Assembly (NCBI GenBank): GCA_963797335.1
Contig: CAWCOU010000006.1
Coordinates: forward strand, 1,148,413 to 1,212,412
Origin: an uncultured Gammaproteobacteria bacterium
GTDB taxonomy: Bacteria; Pseudomonadota; Gammaproteobacteria; JAURND01
Length of the DNA stretch: 64,000 bases
Direction of reading: 5' to 3'
In this document: positions 9,624 through 19,027 of the stretch, one piece after another
Layout of the letters: every line of letters starts with the position of its first letter
Position numbering within the stretch: the stretch's first letter is position 1
The notes under the pieces: model-generated
Told to the model about the DNA's origin: nothing
What the model saw: the letters and a program-made list of their open reading frames with translations, nothing else
Databases searched by the model: none
Translations under genes and position numbers: made by a program

Positions 9624-10844
9624 ATGGAGATGCCAATGTCCTCTAGCCTCAATAAACTGAACTTCACCAAACCTGTTTTAAATTCACTGCCGCTGCCAGA
9701 ACATAATAATAAGAAGAGCTATTACTATGACTCTAAAACACATGGGCTCGGCATCAGAGTCACGAGTACTGGATATAAAACTTTTGTTGTTTATCGCAAA
9801 GTAAATGGCAAACCAGAGCGTATTAATTTAGGACGCTACCCTGATCTCTCTATTGAACAGGCTCGTAACAAAGCTATGGAAATTAATGGAGCAATCGCAC
9901 AAGGCGAAAACCCCAATGACAAGCGGCGCTCAGAACGAGCGGAGATAACTTTAGGAGGTTTATTCCACGAATATATGGAACGTCATTCCAAGCTTTGTAA
10001 AAAAACGTGGAAAGAAGATGAGTATCGATTTAAATTACATTTATTCCATTGGAACGACAAAAAAATATCCCAGATCACAAAAGCTGATATTCAGGAACTA
10101 CATGCCAAAATGGGTAAAACTCGTAAAGTTGCAGCGAATCATGTGCTTGCATTGCTCAGCATTATGTATAACAAAGCTGTTATATTTGGCTTATGGAATA
10201 AACCTAATCCTGTATTAGGTATAAAAAAATTCAAGGTAGCATCACGTGATCGTTTTTTACAGTCTGAAGAGTTGCCTCGCTTCTTTGAGGCATTAGCTAA
10301 AGAGCCTAATGAAACTATTCGAGATTATATCTTGCTGTCAATATTAACTGGAGCGCGTCGCTCCAACTTGCTTGCCATGAAGTGGGAGGAAATAAGTTTG
10401 GAACGTGCCGAGTGGCGCATCCCTGTAACGAAGAACGGCGATCCGCAAATTGTTACATTATCGGAAGAGGCTATAACCATTCTAAAACGGCGCAAAGAAA
10501 CTGCCAACAGTCCTTATGTGTTTCCTGGCAATGGTCGGACTGGACATTTAATGGAACCTAAGAAAGGTTGGTGGCGTATACTCAACAACACAGGGATTAA
10601 AAACTTGTGGATACATGATTTACGCCGCACCCTGGGCAGTTGGCAAGCAAAAACAGGCGCATCTTTAACTATTATTGGAAAATCTCTTAATCATAAGTCG
10701 CCCCAGACTACAGCCATTTATGCGCGATTAGATCTTGATCCGGTGCGTGCTTCAGTTGATAGAGCAACTGACGCTATTTTAACGGCTGCTGGATTAAAGC
10801 AGGCAGAAAAAGCGGAGACTAGTTCATTGAGTGAAATAAAATAA
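9624..10844 (+). CDS. int: P4-type tyrosine integrase (DUF4102 arm-binding N-domain + catalytic domain)
   Basis: N-terminus KSYYYDSKTHGLGIRVTSTGYKTFVVYRK. C-terminus HDLRRT...TTAIYARLD (H-x-x-R...Y). The start could be 9624, 9630 or 9636. Confidence 0.9.
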   Translation: MEMPMSSSLNKLNFTKPVLNSLPLPEHNNKKSYYYDSKTHGLGIRVTSTGYKTFVVYRKVNGKPERINLGRYPDLSIEQARNKAMEINGAIAQGENPNDKRRSERAEITLGGLFHEYMERHSKLCKKTWKEDEYRFKLHLFHWNDKKISQITKADIQELHAKMGKTRKVAANHVLALLSIMYNKAVIFGLWNKPNPVLGIKKFKVASRDRFLQSEELPRFFEALAKEPNETIRDYILLSILTGARRSNLLAMKWEEISLERAEWRIPVTKNGDPQIVTLSEEAITILKRRKETANSPYVFPGNGRTGHLMEPKKGWWRILNNTGIKNLWIHDLRRTLGSWQAKTGASLTIIGKSLNHKSPQTTAIYARLDLDPVRASVDRATDAILTAAGLKQAEKAETSSLSEIK

Positions 10845-10855
10845 GCTAAAAAACC

Positions 10856-10970
10856 TTGTCCCGCTTGTCCCACGTGTCCCGTAGCTTAAAAGTTTCATAA
10901 AATCAGTCGGTTACATTCAGGCGTTCCGGGACAAGTGACTTATAGGTACTTGTCCCGTTTGTCCCACGAC
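10856..10970. repeat. array of TGTCCC(G/A) motifs (two direct CTTGTCCCGyTTGTCCCACG units plus an inverted copy forming a 10-bp hairpin) between convergent int and dehydrogenase genes
   Basis: cttgtcccgcttgtcccacgtgtcccg ... ccgggacaagt-N11-acttgtcccgtttgtcccacg. Confidence 0.5.
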
Positions 10971-11900
10971 TTATGCTAATACCGGTGTCAAGGCTGCGCC
11001 GCTGTAGAAATAGGATTTAACATTCTGTAAAACCAGATTCAGCATCTTAATTCGGGTTTCGATCGTAGCGGTTCCGATGTGCGGCAGTGTCACAATGTTG
11101 TCCAATCTTAGAAAGTCCTCTTGGATATGAGGTTCATTTTGATATACATCCAATCCTGCGCCGGCAATGGTTTTGTCTCTTAAACAGGCTATTAAATCAT
11201 CTTCATTAACCGTTATCCCTCTCGACACGTTAATTAAAAAGCCTTTTTGGTCTAAAGCTTTCAGTATGTTCATGTCGATAATATGTTTAGTCTCTTGTCC
11301 GCCGGTACAGGAAACTACCAGAAAATCAGAAGCTCTTGCCATTTCTTCCAGGCTGCCATAATAAGAATAAGGCACATCCCTTTTGGTTCGGTTGTGGTAA
11401 ATGACCTTCAACCCAAAAGCGGCTGCTCTTTCTGCTATGCGCGTACCTATTTTACCAAGACCTAGAATACCTAATGTTTTGCCGAAAACGCATGTGCCTA
11501 AAGGGGCTGGAACGGTCTTCCAGTTGCCGGACTTCATATGCTGAATGCTGCCAACTACATTTCTTGCCAGCATCAGCAATAAGATTAGAGCTGTATCGGC
11601 AGTATCTTCAGTCACCACATCTGGGGTATTGGTTATGATAACACCTTTCTTTGCAGCAGCCTTCCGATCAACGCAGTCAATGCCTGTGCCAAAACAGCTA
11701 ATAATTTGAAGATTCGGCAATTTCGAGATTAATGCTTCATCCACCTTTACCCAGGGAGTAGCCAGAATACCTTTGATGGAGTGTTCATGCTGATTAAGAC
11801 TGTCTACAGGGATAAAGTTAAAAGTATCTGCAAATGGCTCAATAGTTGAATCAAAAAAATTACTCATGGAAAGGATATCAATTCGTTCCTGTTTATTCAT
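10971..11900 (-). CDS. D-isomer-specific 2-hydroxyacid dehydrogenase (glyoxylate/hydroxypyruvate reductase-like)
   Basis: GxGxxG NAD-binding motif LGILGLGKIGTRIA. Catalytic His in TLPHIG. Confidence 0.8.
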   Translation of the reverse strand: MNKQERIDILSMSNFFDSTIEPFADTFNFIPVDSLNQHEHSIKGILATPWVKVDEALISKLPNLQIISCFGTGIDCVDRKAAAKKGVIITNTPDVVTEDTADTALILLLMLARNVVGSIQHMKSGNWKTVPAPLGTCVFGKTLGILGLGKIGTRIAERAAAFGLKVIYHNRTKRDVPYSYYGSLEEMARASDFLVVSCTGGQETKHIIDMNILKALDQKGFLINVSRGITVNEDDLIACLRDKTIAGAGLDVYQNEPHIQEDFLRLDNIVTLPHIGTATIETRIKMLNLVLQNVKSYFYSGAALTPVLA

Positions 11901-12829
11901 GCGGGTATTCTCATTAAATTGGTTGAGTTGAATATCTTTGAGGCAATGGAGCCGATAATCAGGTTCAATACTGCAAAAAGAACCACCGGCAAGGTGCCGA
12001 TCATGCCAATAATCTGGATCGTCAATAAAATGCCCAATACGCCGTCAAATGTGCCGACCTCAAAAGACATCGCCACAGAATTTTCCCAGCTGGAGTTAAT
12101 CAGTCTTGAAAACAAGAAGCCTAATGACAGAAATAAAGTAATTAAACCGGCGCAGATAATAGGCAAGCCTATATTCAATCTCAGTATGGTATCGGCATGT
12201 TGTGACAATATGGCTGCAATGATAATGGAAACCGATAAAATTCCTATTGAAGGAATAACGGGTTTCAACTTATCTATTTTTTGGGGGAAAAAGTAAGCCA
12301 ATGCCATGCCGACCAGCATGGGGATGGCAATACCGCTTACGATAGTTAACATGACGACACTGAACTGAATATGCACAATCTTGTGTAGCAGAACAAAAAT
12401 AATGACGGGTGTGACCAATGGAGATAATAAAGCCCCGGTAATGGTGGTGGTAATAATCATGGCCGTATTGCCTCTTGCCAGGTAGCACATGATGTTCCCG
12501 GTATTAGCGGCAGGACAGCAAGTCAGAGTTACTAATCCTACGATGTATTCTGTGGGCAACTTGGCTAGAGAGCAGATAAGAAACGTGGAAAGCGGCGCAA
12601 TGGCATATTTAAATGCTAGAGTGCTAAAGATTAATTTTTTATTGTAAAAAACGTTTTTGTAATTCTGAGGTTTTAAGGTAAGTCCAACGCAAAAAGCGAT
12701 CAGAGACAACATGGGATGAACCATGCTGCTCGTCCAATAGATGTATTTAGAAAAAAACAAACCAATCAGTGAAAAAATCAGAAGCGTAGCTAAAAAATGT
12801 CTTTCTATCAAGTTCATTGAGTTTTTCAT
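11897..12829 (-). CDS. polytopic membrane transporter (BASS/AEC-like Na+-dependent permease; family uncertain)
   Basis: 310 aa with ~9 TM helices. Start overlaps the downstream gene by 4 nt, suggesting an operon. Confidence 0.45.
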   Translation of the reverse strand: MKNSMNLIERHFLATLLIFSLIGLFFSKYIYWTSSMVHPMLSLIAFCVGLTLKPQNYKNVFYNKKLIFSTLAFKYAIAPLSTFLICSLAKLPTEYIVGLVTLTCCPAANTGNIMCYLARGNTAMIITTTITGALLSPLVTPVIIFVLLHKIVHIQFSVVMLTIVSGIAIPMLVGMALAYFFPQKIDKLKPVIPSIGILSVSIIIAAILSQHADTILRLNIGLPIICAGLITLFLSLGFLFSRLINSSWENSVAMSFEVGTFDGVLGILLTIQIIGMIGTLPVVLFAVLNLIIGSIASKIFNSTNLMRIPA

Positions 12830-12843
12830 AAAAAATCTCCATT

Positions 12844-13869
12844 TTATTTTTTCCTAGATGAAATACATACAAACTCCGGCAAGGTTTGAATGCTATTTTC
12901 TTGAGATATGTGGTCTCTGATTTTAGAAATGATACTGTCCATTTCGTCTTCTGTCGCAAGATTTTTTTCAATATATCTGCTGGCACATTCAGAAGTAATC
13001 ATTTCGAGCCAGGATTTCTCCAGCTTTGAAACACCTATGCCATGATATATAAACGCTTTAAAATCGGTCAATTTATTTGTGCTGTACAGATGATGATATA
13101 ACTTATGGCCTATATTAAAATCTAATCCCAGACCTTCTCCCAGCTTAATATACAGATCAATCGCTTTTTGGGTTTCCGCTATCTCAGGATAAGCGAAAAA
13201 TGAGCTTAGAATGGGTTCCATACATACGATAATGCCGTTTTCAGGTAATAAATCGATAGCCATCTTTAATACGCCCGTCGGGTTTTTAAGATGGTGCAAA
13301 AAACAGCGCATATATATCAGATCAACCGGCTTGTTAATGGGAGCTGCTCTGGAATTGATTTCAGTTCTGATAATTTCGATGTTCTTGATATTCAGCGCAC
13401 TAGCACGCCTTTCAGTCAATGATGTCTGCTCGTATCCTTTATCTATGGCGTAAACCTTACCGTTATCACCTACGAATTCCGCCAACCAGCACGACATTGC
13501 GCCAGTTCCACAAGCAAACTCAGCTACATGCATACCTTTTTGGATACCCGCCGCTTTAAGATACTGTATGGTCGTTTCATTAAGCATCTTATTGAGTAAA
13601 TTGTCTCTGGGGACTTCTCCATAGTGAAGTACGTATTTATTGATTTCTTCGTGTTCAACTCCAGCCAATAGCCAACTATCCGATACATCGAGCAACTCAG
13701 CATACCTTTTGGCTGTTTTTTGATTAAGGGGGTTTCGTCCAGATTCGTGAGCGGTATAAGTAGAAGGGGTCAATTGGAATTTTTCATAGAATTCCTTGGC
13801 AGTATGGTAGCCTGCTTGGATCCTCGCTTGTTTTAAACGCAGCCCTGTTTTGTTAATCGTTTCAGTCAT
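12844..13869 (-). CDS. fusion protein: N-terminal XRE-type HTH + class I SAM-dependent methyltransferase
   Basis: HTH: LRLKQARIQAGYHTAKEFYEKFQLTPSTYTAHESG. Methyltransferase motif I: VAEFACGTGAMS. Confidence 0.7.
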   Translation of the reverse strand: MTETINKTGLRLKQARIQAGYHTAKEFYEKFQLTPSTYTAHESGRNPLNQKTAKRYAELLDVSDSWLLAGVEHEEINKYVLHYGEVPRDNLLNKMLNETTIQYLKAAGIQKGMHVAEFACGTGAMSCWLAEFVGDNGKVYAIDKGYEQTSLTERRASALNIKNIEIIRTEINSRAAPINKPVDLIYMRCFLHHLKNPTGVLKMAIDLLPENGIIVCMEPILSSFFAYPEIAETQKAIDLYIKLGEGLGLDFNIGHKLYHHLYSTNKLTDFKAFIYHGIGVSKLEKSWLEMITSECASRYIEKNLATEDEMDSIISKIRDHISQENSIQTLPEFVCISSRKK

Positions 13870-13952
13870 TGCTCATTCCTAAGTGTAAACCTCACAATAC
13901 TTTATAACATATTATTTGAAAAATAAAGTATTGACTCTGGAATAATACCAAT

Positions 13953-13979
13953 ATACTATTATATATAGTATAATAGTAT
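13953..13979. promoter_or_regulatory. 11-bp inverted repeat ATACTATTATA-N5-TATAATAGTAT in the divergent promoter region
   Basis: Perfect palindrome overlapping a TATAAT-like box, 75 bp upstream of the HTH-methyltransferase gene. Confidence 0.4.
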
Positions 13980-14154
13980 TTATATTATAATGCTGACTTG
14001 AACGACTATTTTGCTAAAAATGTCCTTTCAAAATCCACCAGGCGCGCATAGTCGTTTAATTAGCCAGAAAGAAATCTTAACGTGTACTGTCAACATCTTA
14101 AACTAGATTTTTGCAAGTTCTTAATCAGGACTATCAGAAAACAAGGAGGTGACC

Positions 14155-14931
14155 ATGTTAGCTCTTCCGTGCGATCTCGAAGTAACTATGGTAGATAAAG
14201 TTACAAACAACCCCACTCAAACATTGATTAGAATCGTTGATAATGCTCGGCATTTATTAGAGCAGATGAATCAAATCATTTTCATTAAAGACCTCTTTTT
14301 CCGATATATCGATTGCAATAAAAAGTTAGTCGATTTTTCAAGGTTAAATCATAAAAAGCGGATAATTGGCCAAGAAGATTACGGTTTACCTTGGGCCGAG
14401 GATACGGAATTTTATAGAAAAATCGATAAAGATGTTTTAAATGGTCATGAAATGAAAATACTTATGGCGGTTAGGGTCGCGTCTGGGGAAAAAATCTGTG
14501 CCATCCAGAATAAAAAAGCAATAAAAGATCCTCATACCGGGGAACCTATTGGCATCGTAGCAAGTATGACGGAAATCCAAGATGCTTCCATTAACGAGTT
14601 TTTGCAAAACATAAAAGCCAAAGATGCTCAAATCCTATCAGATGTAGGGCGAATACCTTTAAATTATCCTATCAAACATCCCGATAAATACAATTTTACA
14701 ACCAGAGAGTTTGAATGCCTCTTTTATACGCTGCGAGGACACACTTGCAAAATGATAGCCGACATTTTAAAAATATCGCCAAGAACGGTCGAAAAGTTTA
14801 TTTGGGGCATCAAACATAAAATGGGATGCACCTATAAAACGGAATTGATTGAAAAATCCATCAAAGACGGATTGATCGATCTAATACCGCCCAGCATCAA
14901 CATTCATGGCGTGAATGTCTATATGAAATAA
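14155..14931 (+). CDS. LuxR/GerE-family transcriptional regulator with N-terminal PAS-like sensor region
   Basis: C-terminus TTREFECLFYTLRGHTCKMIADILKISPRTVEKFIWGIKHKMG. The ATG at 14155 is preferred over the track start 14149 (RBS aaggagg). Confidence 0.65.
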   Translation: MLALPCDLEVTMVDKVTNNPTQTLIRIVDNARHLLEQMNQIIFIKDLFFRYIDCNKKLVDFSRLNHKKRIIGQEDYGLPWAEDTEFYRKIDKDVLNGHEMKILMAVRVASGEKICAIQNKKAIKDPHTGEPIGIVASMTEIQDASINEFLQNIKAKDAQILSDVGRIPLNYPIKHPDKYNFTTREFECLFYTLRGHTCKMIADILKISPRTVEKFIWGIKHKMGCTYKTELIEKSIKDGLIDLIPPSINIHGVNVYMK

Positions 14932-14942
14932 GGAGAATTATT

Positions 14943-15878
14943 ATGTCCATAGCAAAAATAATTGGAAAAATTTGTCTGTCACAGCAGCAATTAACCGTTC
15001 TGTCCAGTTTAGGCGTTGACTACATAGCTGCGGACAATCCGAAGTCTCGCTCAGATGAAAATGAAATAATGGGGCGGATCGGAGATGCAGAAGCCATTAT
15101 TATCAATATATCAATTCATATTACTGAAAATATCATACAGAAGTGTAAAAATTTACGCTTTATTCAGACCTGGTCAACCGGTATGGATAATATTGATATA
15201 GCTGCCGCACAAGCCGCCGGTATTATCGTAAAAAATGTACCGGATTTTTCGGTAGAGGCTGTAGCTGAGAAGACGATGGCGTTAATGATGTTTATAGCGA
15301 ATAGAATAAGAGAGGCCAACCAAGACGTACTCAAAGGTAACTGGAATTACCAAGGTTTTCAGGGAGTAGAACTCAAAAATAAAACATTGGTCGTTATAGG
15401 ATCAGGAAGGATTGGAATTAGAGTTGTGGAATTAGCGCAGGCGTTTGGTATGAGAGTACTAGCTGCGAACTCCAAAACAGATAAAAACAACTTAAAAGAT
15501 ATGTGTTCAGAAGCCGATTTTATCACGCTGCATTGCCCTCTGAATGAAAAAACACGCTACCTGTTAAGTGGTGAAGAATTTAAGATCATGAAAAAAGGCG
15601 TTTATCTTATTAATGCTTCCCGAGGCGGTGTTGTGGATGAATCTGCACTTTTAAAAGCACTTGAAAATGAAACTGTCGCTTATGCAAGTCTTGACGTTTT
15701 AGAACAGGAACCTCCCGCTTCCGATAACCCTTTAATTTGTCACCCAAAGGTTTTTGTTACTCCTCACACCCTGTGGCACACAAAAGAATCCGTTGATAGA
15801 CTTACAGAGCATTGCATTCAAAATTTGGCGCAATATATCACCAAAACCAGAAGCGTTTCAGAAAATTGTAGAGTTTGA
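14943..15878 (+). CDS. D-isomer-specific 2-hydroxyacid dehydrogenase (PGDH-like), paralog of 10971..11900
   Basis: LVVIGSGRIGIRVV (GxGxxG). ASLDVLEQEP. HTLWHT. Confidence 0.8.
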   Translation: MSIAKIIGKICLSQQQLTVLSSLGVDYIAADNPKSRSDENEIMGRIGDAEAIIINISIHITENIIQKCKNLRFIQTWSTGMDNIDIAAAQAAGIIVKNVPDFSVEAVAEKTMALMMFIANRIREANQDVLKGNWNYQGFQGVELKNKTLVVIGSGRIGIRVVELAQAFGMRVLAANSKTDKNNLKDMCSEADFITLHCPLNEKTRYLLSGEEFKIMKKGVYLINASRGGVVDESALLKALENETVAYASLDVLEQEPPASDNPLICHPKVFVTPHTLWHTKESVDRLTEHCIQNLAQYITKTRSVSENCRV

Positions 15879-15904
15879 CTTCAATTTTCCTATCTTATGG
15901 CGTT

Positions 15905-15930
15905 AATGCCCGATTGTTAGCGCGGGCATT
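15905..15930 (+). terminator. hairpin AATGCCCG-N10-CGGGCATT followed by a T-rich tract
   Basis: Read directly, just after the dehydrogenase stop. Confidence 0.4.
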
Positions 15931-16203
15931 ATCCATAAATTTTTGATTATTTCAATACATTAGTCCTTCCCTTCTCCCAGTTCATAGTAAGCCAATTCCA
16001 TTTATAAAAATTTACTTCTGTTGATATTCATTGACGACTATTAATTACATCGTTTTTAGACTCATCTGCTAATGGGTAATTAATACCCATATCCAATTTC
16101 GCAAAAATCATTATCATGAACATCATGGTTCGTAATGGATTTTCTCGTCCATACATCACCAATTTAATGGGATTTATCTTTAATTTTTTACAAGGAGAGT
16201 GTA

Positions 16204-16464
16204 GTGAAAAACACACATTATCGGAAGTTTATAGATGAAAGATTTTCCATTTATTTTACGGCTCAGGAAGCTCGCTGTATGACCTGTTTCTTGCAAGGAT
16301 ATACTTACAAACAAGCAGCTAAATCTATCGGCCTAGCGATAGGAACGGTTTCATTTTACGCAAACAACATGCGCAGAAAACTGTCCTGCAATACAAATCT
16401 GGAAATGATTGTCAAAGTAAAGAACATTGATTTTTCTGAACCGCCAGTTATCAATAAATCCTAA
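16204..16464 (+). CDS. small LuxR/GerE-type HTH regulator
   Basis: FTAQEARCMTCFLQGYTYKQAAKSIGLAIGTVSFYANNMRRKL. GTG start. Confidence 0.55.
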   Translation: MKNTHYRKFIDERFSIYFTAQEARCMTCFLQGYTYKQAAKSIGLAIGTVSFYANNMRRKLSCNTNLEMIVKVKNIDFSEPPVINKS

Positions 16465-16541
16465 AAGAATAATGTCAGAACTTTTGTTCTGTCGATACCA
16501 ATTATGATTCCCAATAAGAGATCACGTTTGGGATATTTGTC

Positions 16542-16814
16542 ATGCAACACCAAAATGGGCTATTCAAAGCGATTAAGCATTTCGGCTCGCAAAAAGCACT
16601 GGCTAATGCCATCGGTGCTTCAGATCGGTCGATTAGCAATTGGCTTAACCGTGAAAAAAGAATTCCCTATAGATATGCCATAAGCATTTTCTATATCACT
16701 GATGGCAATATTTCTCTAAATGAGCTGTCCCCAGAAAACTTTGAAATAAATTGCAAAATAGAAAGTCAGTTTTATTTTTTTCATGATTCATCCAGAAGAA
16801 ATGAGCCGCAATGA
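16542..16814 (+). CDS. Cro/CI-type HTH protein (phage-repressor-like element regulator)
   Basis: SQKALANAIGASDRSISNWLNREKRIP. Confidence 0.55.
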   Translation: MQHQNGLFKAIKHFGSQKALANAIGASDRSISNWLNREKRIPYRYAISIFYITDGNISLNELSPENFEINCKIESQFYFFHDSSRRNEPQ

Positions 16815-17108
16815 ATGCGATATTTGGTAATTTTTCACTATAGTAGAATGTCTATGAAACCAGATGATATAAATAAATTCTGCTCTGTCATATCAAAATT
16901 AGCGGACATTTATGGACAAAGAATCACAAATAAAATAATGACTTATTACTGGAGTATTTTAGAAAAATTTACCTTGGCAGAAATACTCTTTGCTTGCAGG
17001 AACCATGTTTACGGCCGACACGGAAATTTTATGCCAAAGCCTTTTGATATAGCCAAAAAGATAACCGGCTTAAGAAGGCAATTGGTCACAGAAGGTATAG
17101 CAAAGTAA
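16815..17108 (+). CDS. hypothetical protein co-transcribed with the HTH gene
   Basis: 97-aa ORF immediately downstream. Start ambiguous (16815 or 16851). Confidence 0.35.
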   Translation: MRYLVIFHYSRMSMKPDDINKFCSVISKLADIYGQRITNKIMTYYWSILEKFTLAEILFACRNHVYGRHGNFMPKPFDIAKKITGLRRQLVTEGIAK

Positions 17109-17141
17109 TTATTCAGAGCAAAAATGAGGAGAGATTCCTAC

Positions 17142-17570
17142 ATGATGATTAGAAAGACAGTTATTTTCTTGTTGGCATTATTTGTATCAACTGACTTATT
17201 GGCCTCTGAGGCCAACATGCAGACTGGTAGGTATCTTAGTGTTACAAACAAGCCATTGCATGAGCAACAAGACTTATTGTCACAAATCTATCAAGTACAT
17301 TTTCCGAAGGAGGTTCAAACCGTTGGCGATGCCATACGTTATCTGCTGCATTACAGCGGTTACAGCCTGGTCGATGAGGCGCATCAAACAGATGCGTTAA
17401 AAAATACATTAACTAAACCATTGCCGCTCATTGATCGCAATTTCGGCCCCATGAGTTTACGAGATGCTTTAGTCACGCTGGCTGGGCCTGCCTTTACCTT
17501 AATGAGTGACTCACTCAATCGTGAAGTGAATTTCAAATTAAAGCCGAATGTAGTTTGGCAGAAAGGATAG
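17142..17570 (+). CDS. pilL: PilL-like lipoprotein/secretin-N (STN-like) protein; first gene of the GI-type T4SS operon
   Basis: Signal peptide MMIRKTVIFLLALFVS. GRY..V...PLHEQQDLLSQI..V.FP..VQTVGDA...LL..SGYSL...LP...R..GP.SLRDAL..L, the pattern of PFGI-1-class PilL. ATG at 17142 preferred over track start 17124. Confidence 0.5.
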   Translation: MMIRKTVIFLLALFVSTDLLASEANMQTGRYLSVTNKPLHEQQDLLSQIYQVHFPKEVQTVGDAIRYLLHYSGYSLVDEAHQTDALKNTLTKPLPLIDRNFGPMSLRDALVTLAGPAFTLMSDSLNREVNFKLKPNVVWQKG

Positions 17571-17576
17571 ACAGAC

Positions 17577-18236
17577 ATGACAACACTACCTGATGAGCCT
17601 GATAAATTGCCACGATGGCAATTTTTTAAACGCCTTTGGTGCGGAAGTAATCAAAAACTATATTTGATCTATATTGTGTTTTCTATCTTTGTATTGATGG
17701 TCGGTGTCATTGTCCTTTTCGATAATTTGTACAGAACTGAACAAAGTGCAAATTCTGTAGATCATCGTAGTTTGGTCATGCTAAGTCAGCTTCATGACTT
17801 ACGCGGACAATTACAACAAATAGCAGATAACACAAATAATCCAGCGACTATTCGCAATACAATTTCTTCTCTGACAGGTGAATTGGATAAAATTGAAAAA
17901 GCCGTTTCTGACAACGCTAAAACTTCTGATGTAAAGAAAGTCAGCGATCAATTGGTGACCGTTCAATCAGATTTGTCCGATTTGGAAAAAATTATTTCTA
18001 CTCAGTTCAATACAAAAAAATATATGGATGCCAAAGGATTACCGTTCCAAGTGAACCATCTGGATATGATTTCAGGCCAACCTTTTGTTTCGGTCGATTA
18101 CGACCACCACATCACTCCCTTGGGCATTGGCGACTCTCTCAACGGCTGGACACTGAGCGCAGCAGATTATGCAGGCCAAGCCGTAGAATTTTCCAATACG
18201 CAAGGTCAATACGTCAAAATTAATCTGGCAATCTGA
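17577..18236 (+). CDS. ICE conjugation-operon protein, N-terminal TM + coiled coil
   Basis: 219 aa, one TM helix. Operonic with the T4SS genes. Confidence 0.5.
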   Translation: MTTLPDEPDKLPRWQFFKRLWCGSNQKLYLIYIVFSIFVLMVGVIVLFDNLYRTEQSANSVDHRSLVMLSQLHDLRGQLQQIADNTNNPATIRNTISSLTGELDKIEKAVSDNAKTSDVKKVSDQLVTVQSDLSDLEKIISTQFNTKKYMDAKGLPFQVNHLDMISGQPFVSVDYDHHITPLGIGDSLNGWTLSAADYAGQAVEFSNTQGQYVKINLAI

Positions 18237-18238
18237 TT

Positions 18239-19027
18239 ATGAAAAACGCTATTCAATTAAATTGTACAAAGCCGCGCATAGTCGTCTTGACACTGTGCTT
18301 GATTTGCAGTTTTTCAGCCTGGGCAAATGATGTAGTAAACACTCAGGAGCAATCTACCACCACCGCCACTACTCAGGATAAAACCGTGATAAACGGTACA
18401 GCTCAGGATTGGCAGTTATCCGATGCAGAGTGGCAACATTATTTGCAGCTAATGCACGGTGCGGATGGCTTGTGGTATGCACATCTTTCACCACCCTCGG
18501 TATTGGGAATGCGCGCGGACACTGTTGAAGAACGGCAGCACTTTGCACAAATAGTAGCGAAACAAGAACACGATAAAGTCGCACGTGAATTAGCTTTTAA
18601 TCATTCAGTATGGTTGGCAATGCGCGAGTTGTATCCCGATGAGCTGATGATTAAAGACTTTGATAAAACACCGTTTAATCCAGGGAAAGCAAAAAATACG
18701 ACTGTTTCCTTACAAGCAGGCGATCGCTTAGCGTTATTTGAAAACACAACACGCGCCGATGTGGCCGTTCTCCCGAAACTGTTAGGTTTATTACAAACCA
18801 ATCCGGGCGTAAATCTTGACATCTATTGTATCGGTAACGTGAATGACAATGTGATTCGCCAATGGGCTGGCACACATCAAATACCCACTCCATTAGTGGA
18901 ATCCGGTCGCATTACTTTAAATCTGGATAAGGGACATTTAGCCAAAATTGTCACCAATCCTCAACTGCCTTATTTAGTGCTGATAAGACAAGGACAGGCC
19001 AAACCGGTTTCCGTCTGGGATTTGTAA
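18239..19027 (+). CDS. secreted PFGI-1-class ICE protein
   Basis: Signal peptide VVLTLCLICSFSAWA. 1-nt spacing from the neighbouring genes. Confidence 0.5.
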   Translation: MKNAIQLNCTKPRIVVLTLCLICSFSAWANDVVNTQEQSTTTATTQDKTVINGTAQDWQLSDAEWQHYLQLMHGADGLWYAHLSPPSVLGMRADTVEERQHFAQIVAKQEHDKVARELAFNHSVWLAMRELYPDELMIKDFDKTPFNPGKAKNTTVSLQAGDRLALFENTTRADVAVLPKLLGLLQTNPGVNLDIYCIGNVNDNVIRQWAGTHQIPTPLVESGRITLNLDKGHLAKIVTNPQLPYLVLIRQGQAKPVSVWDL

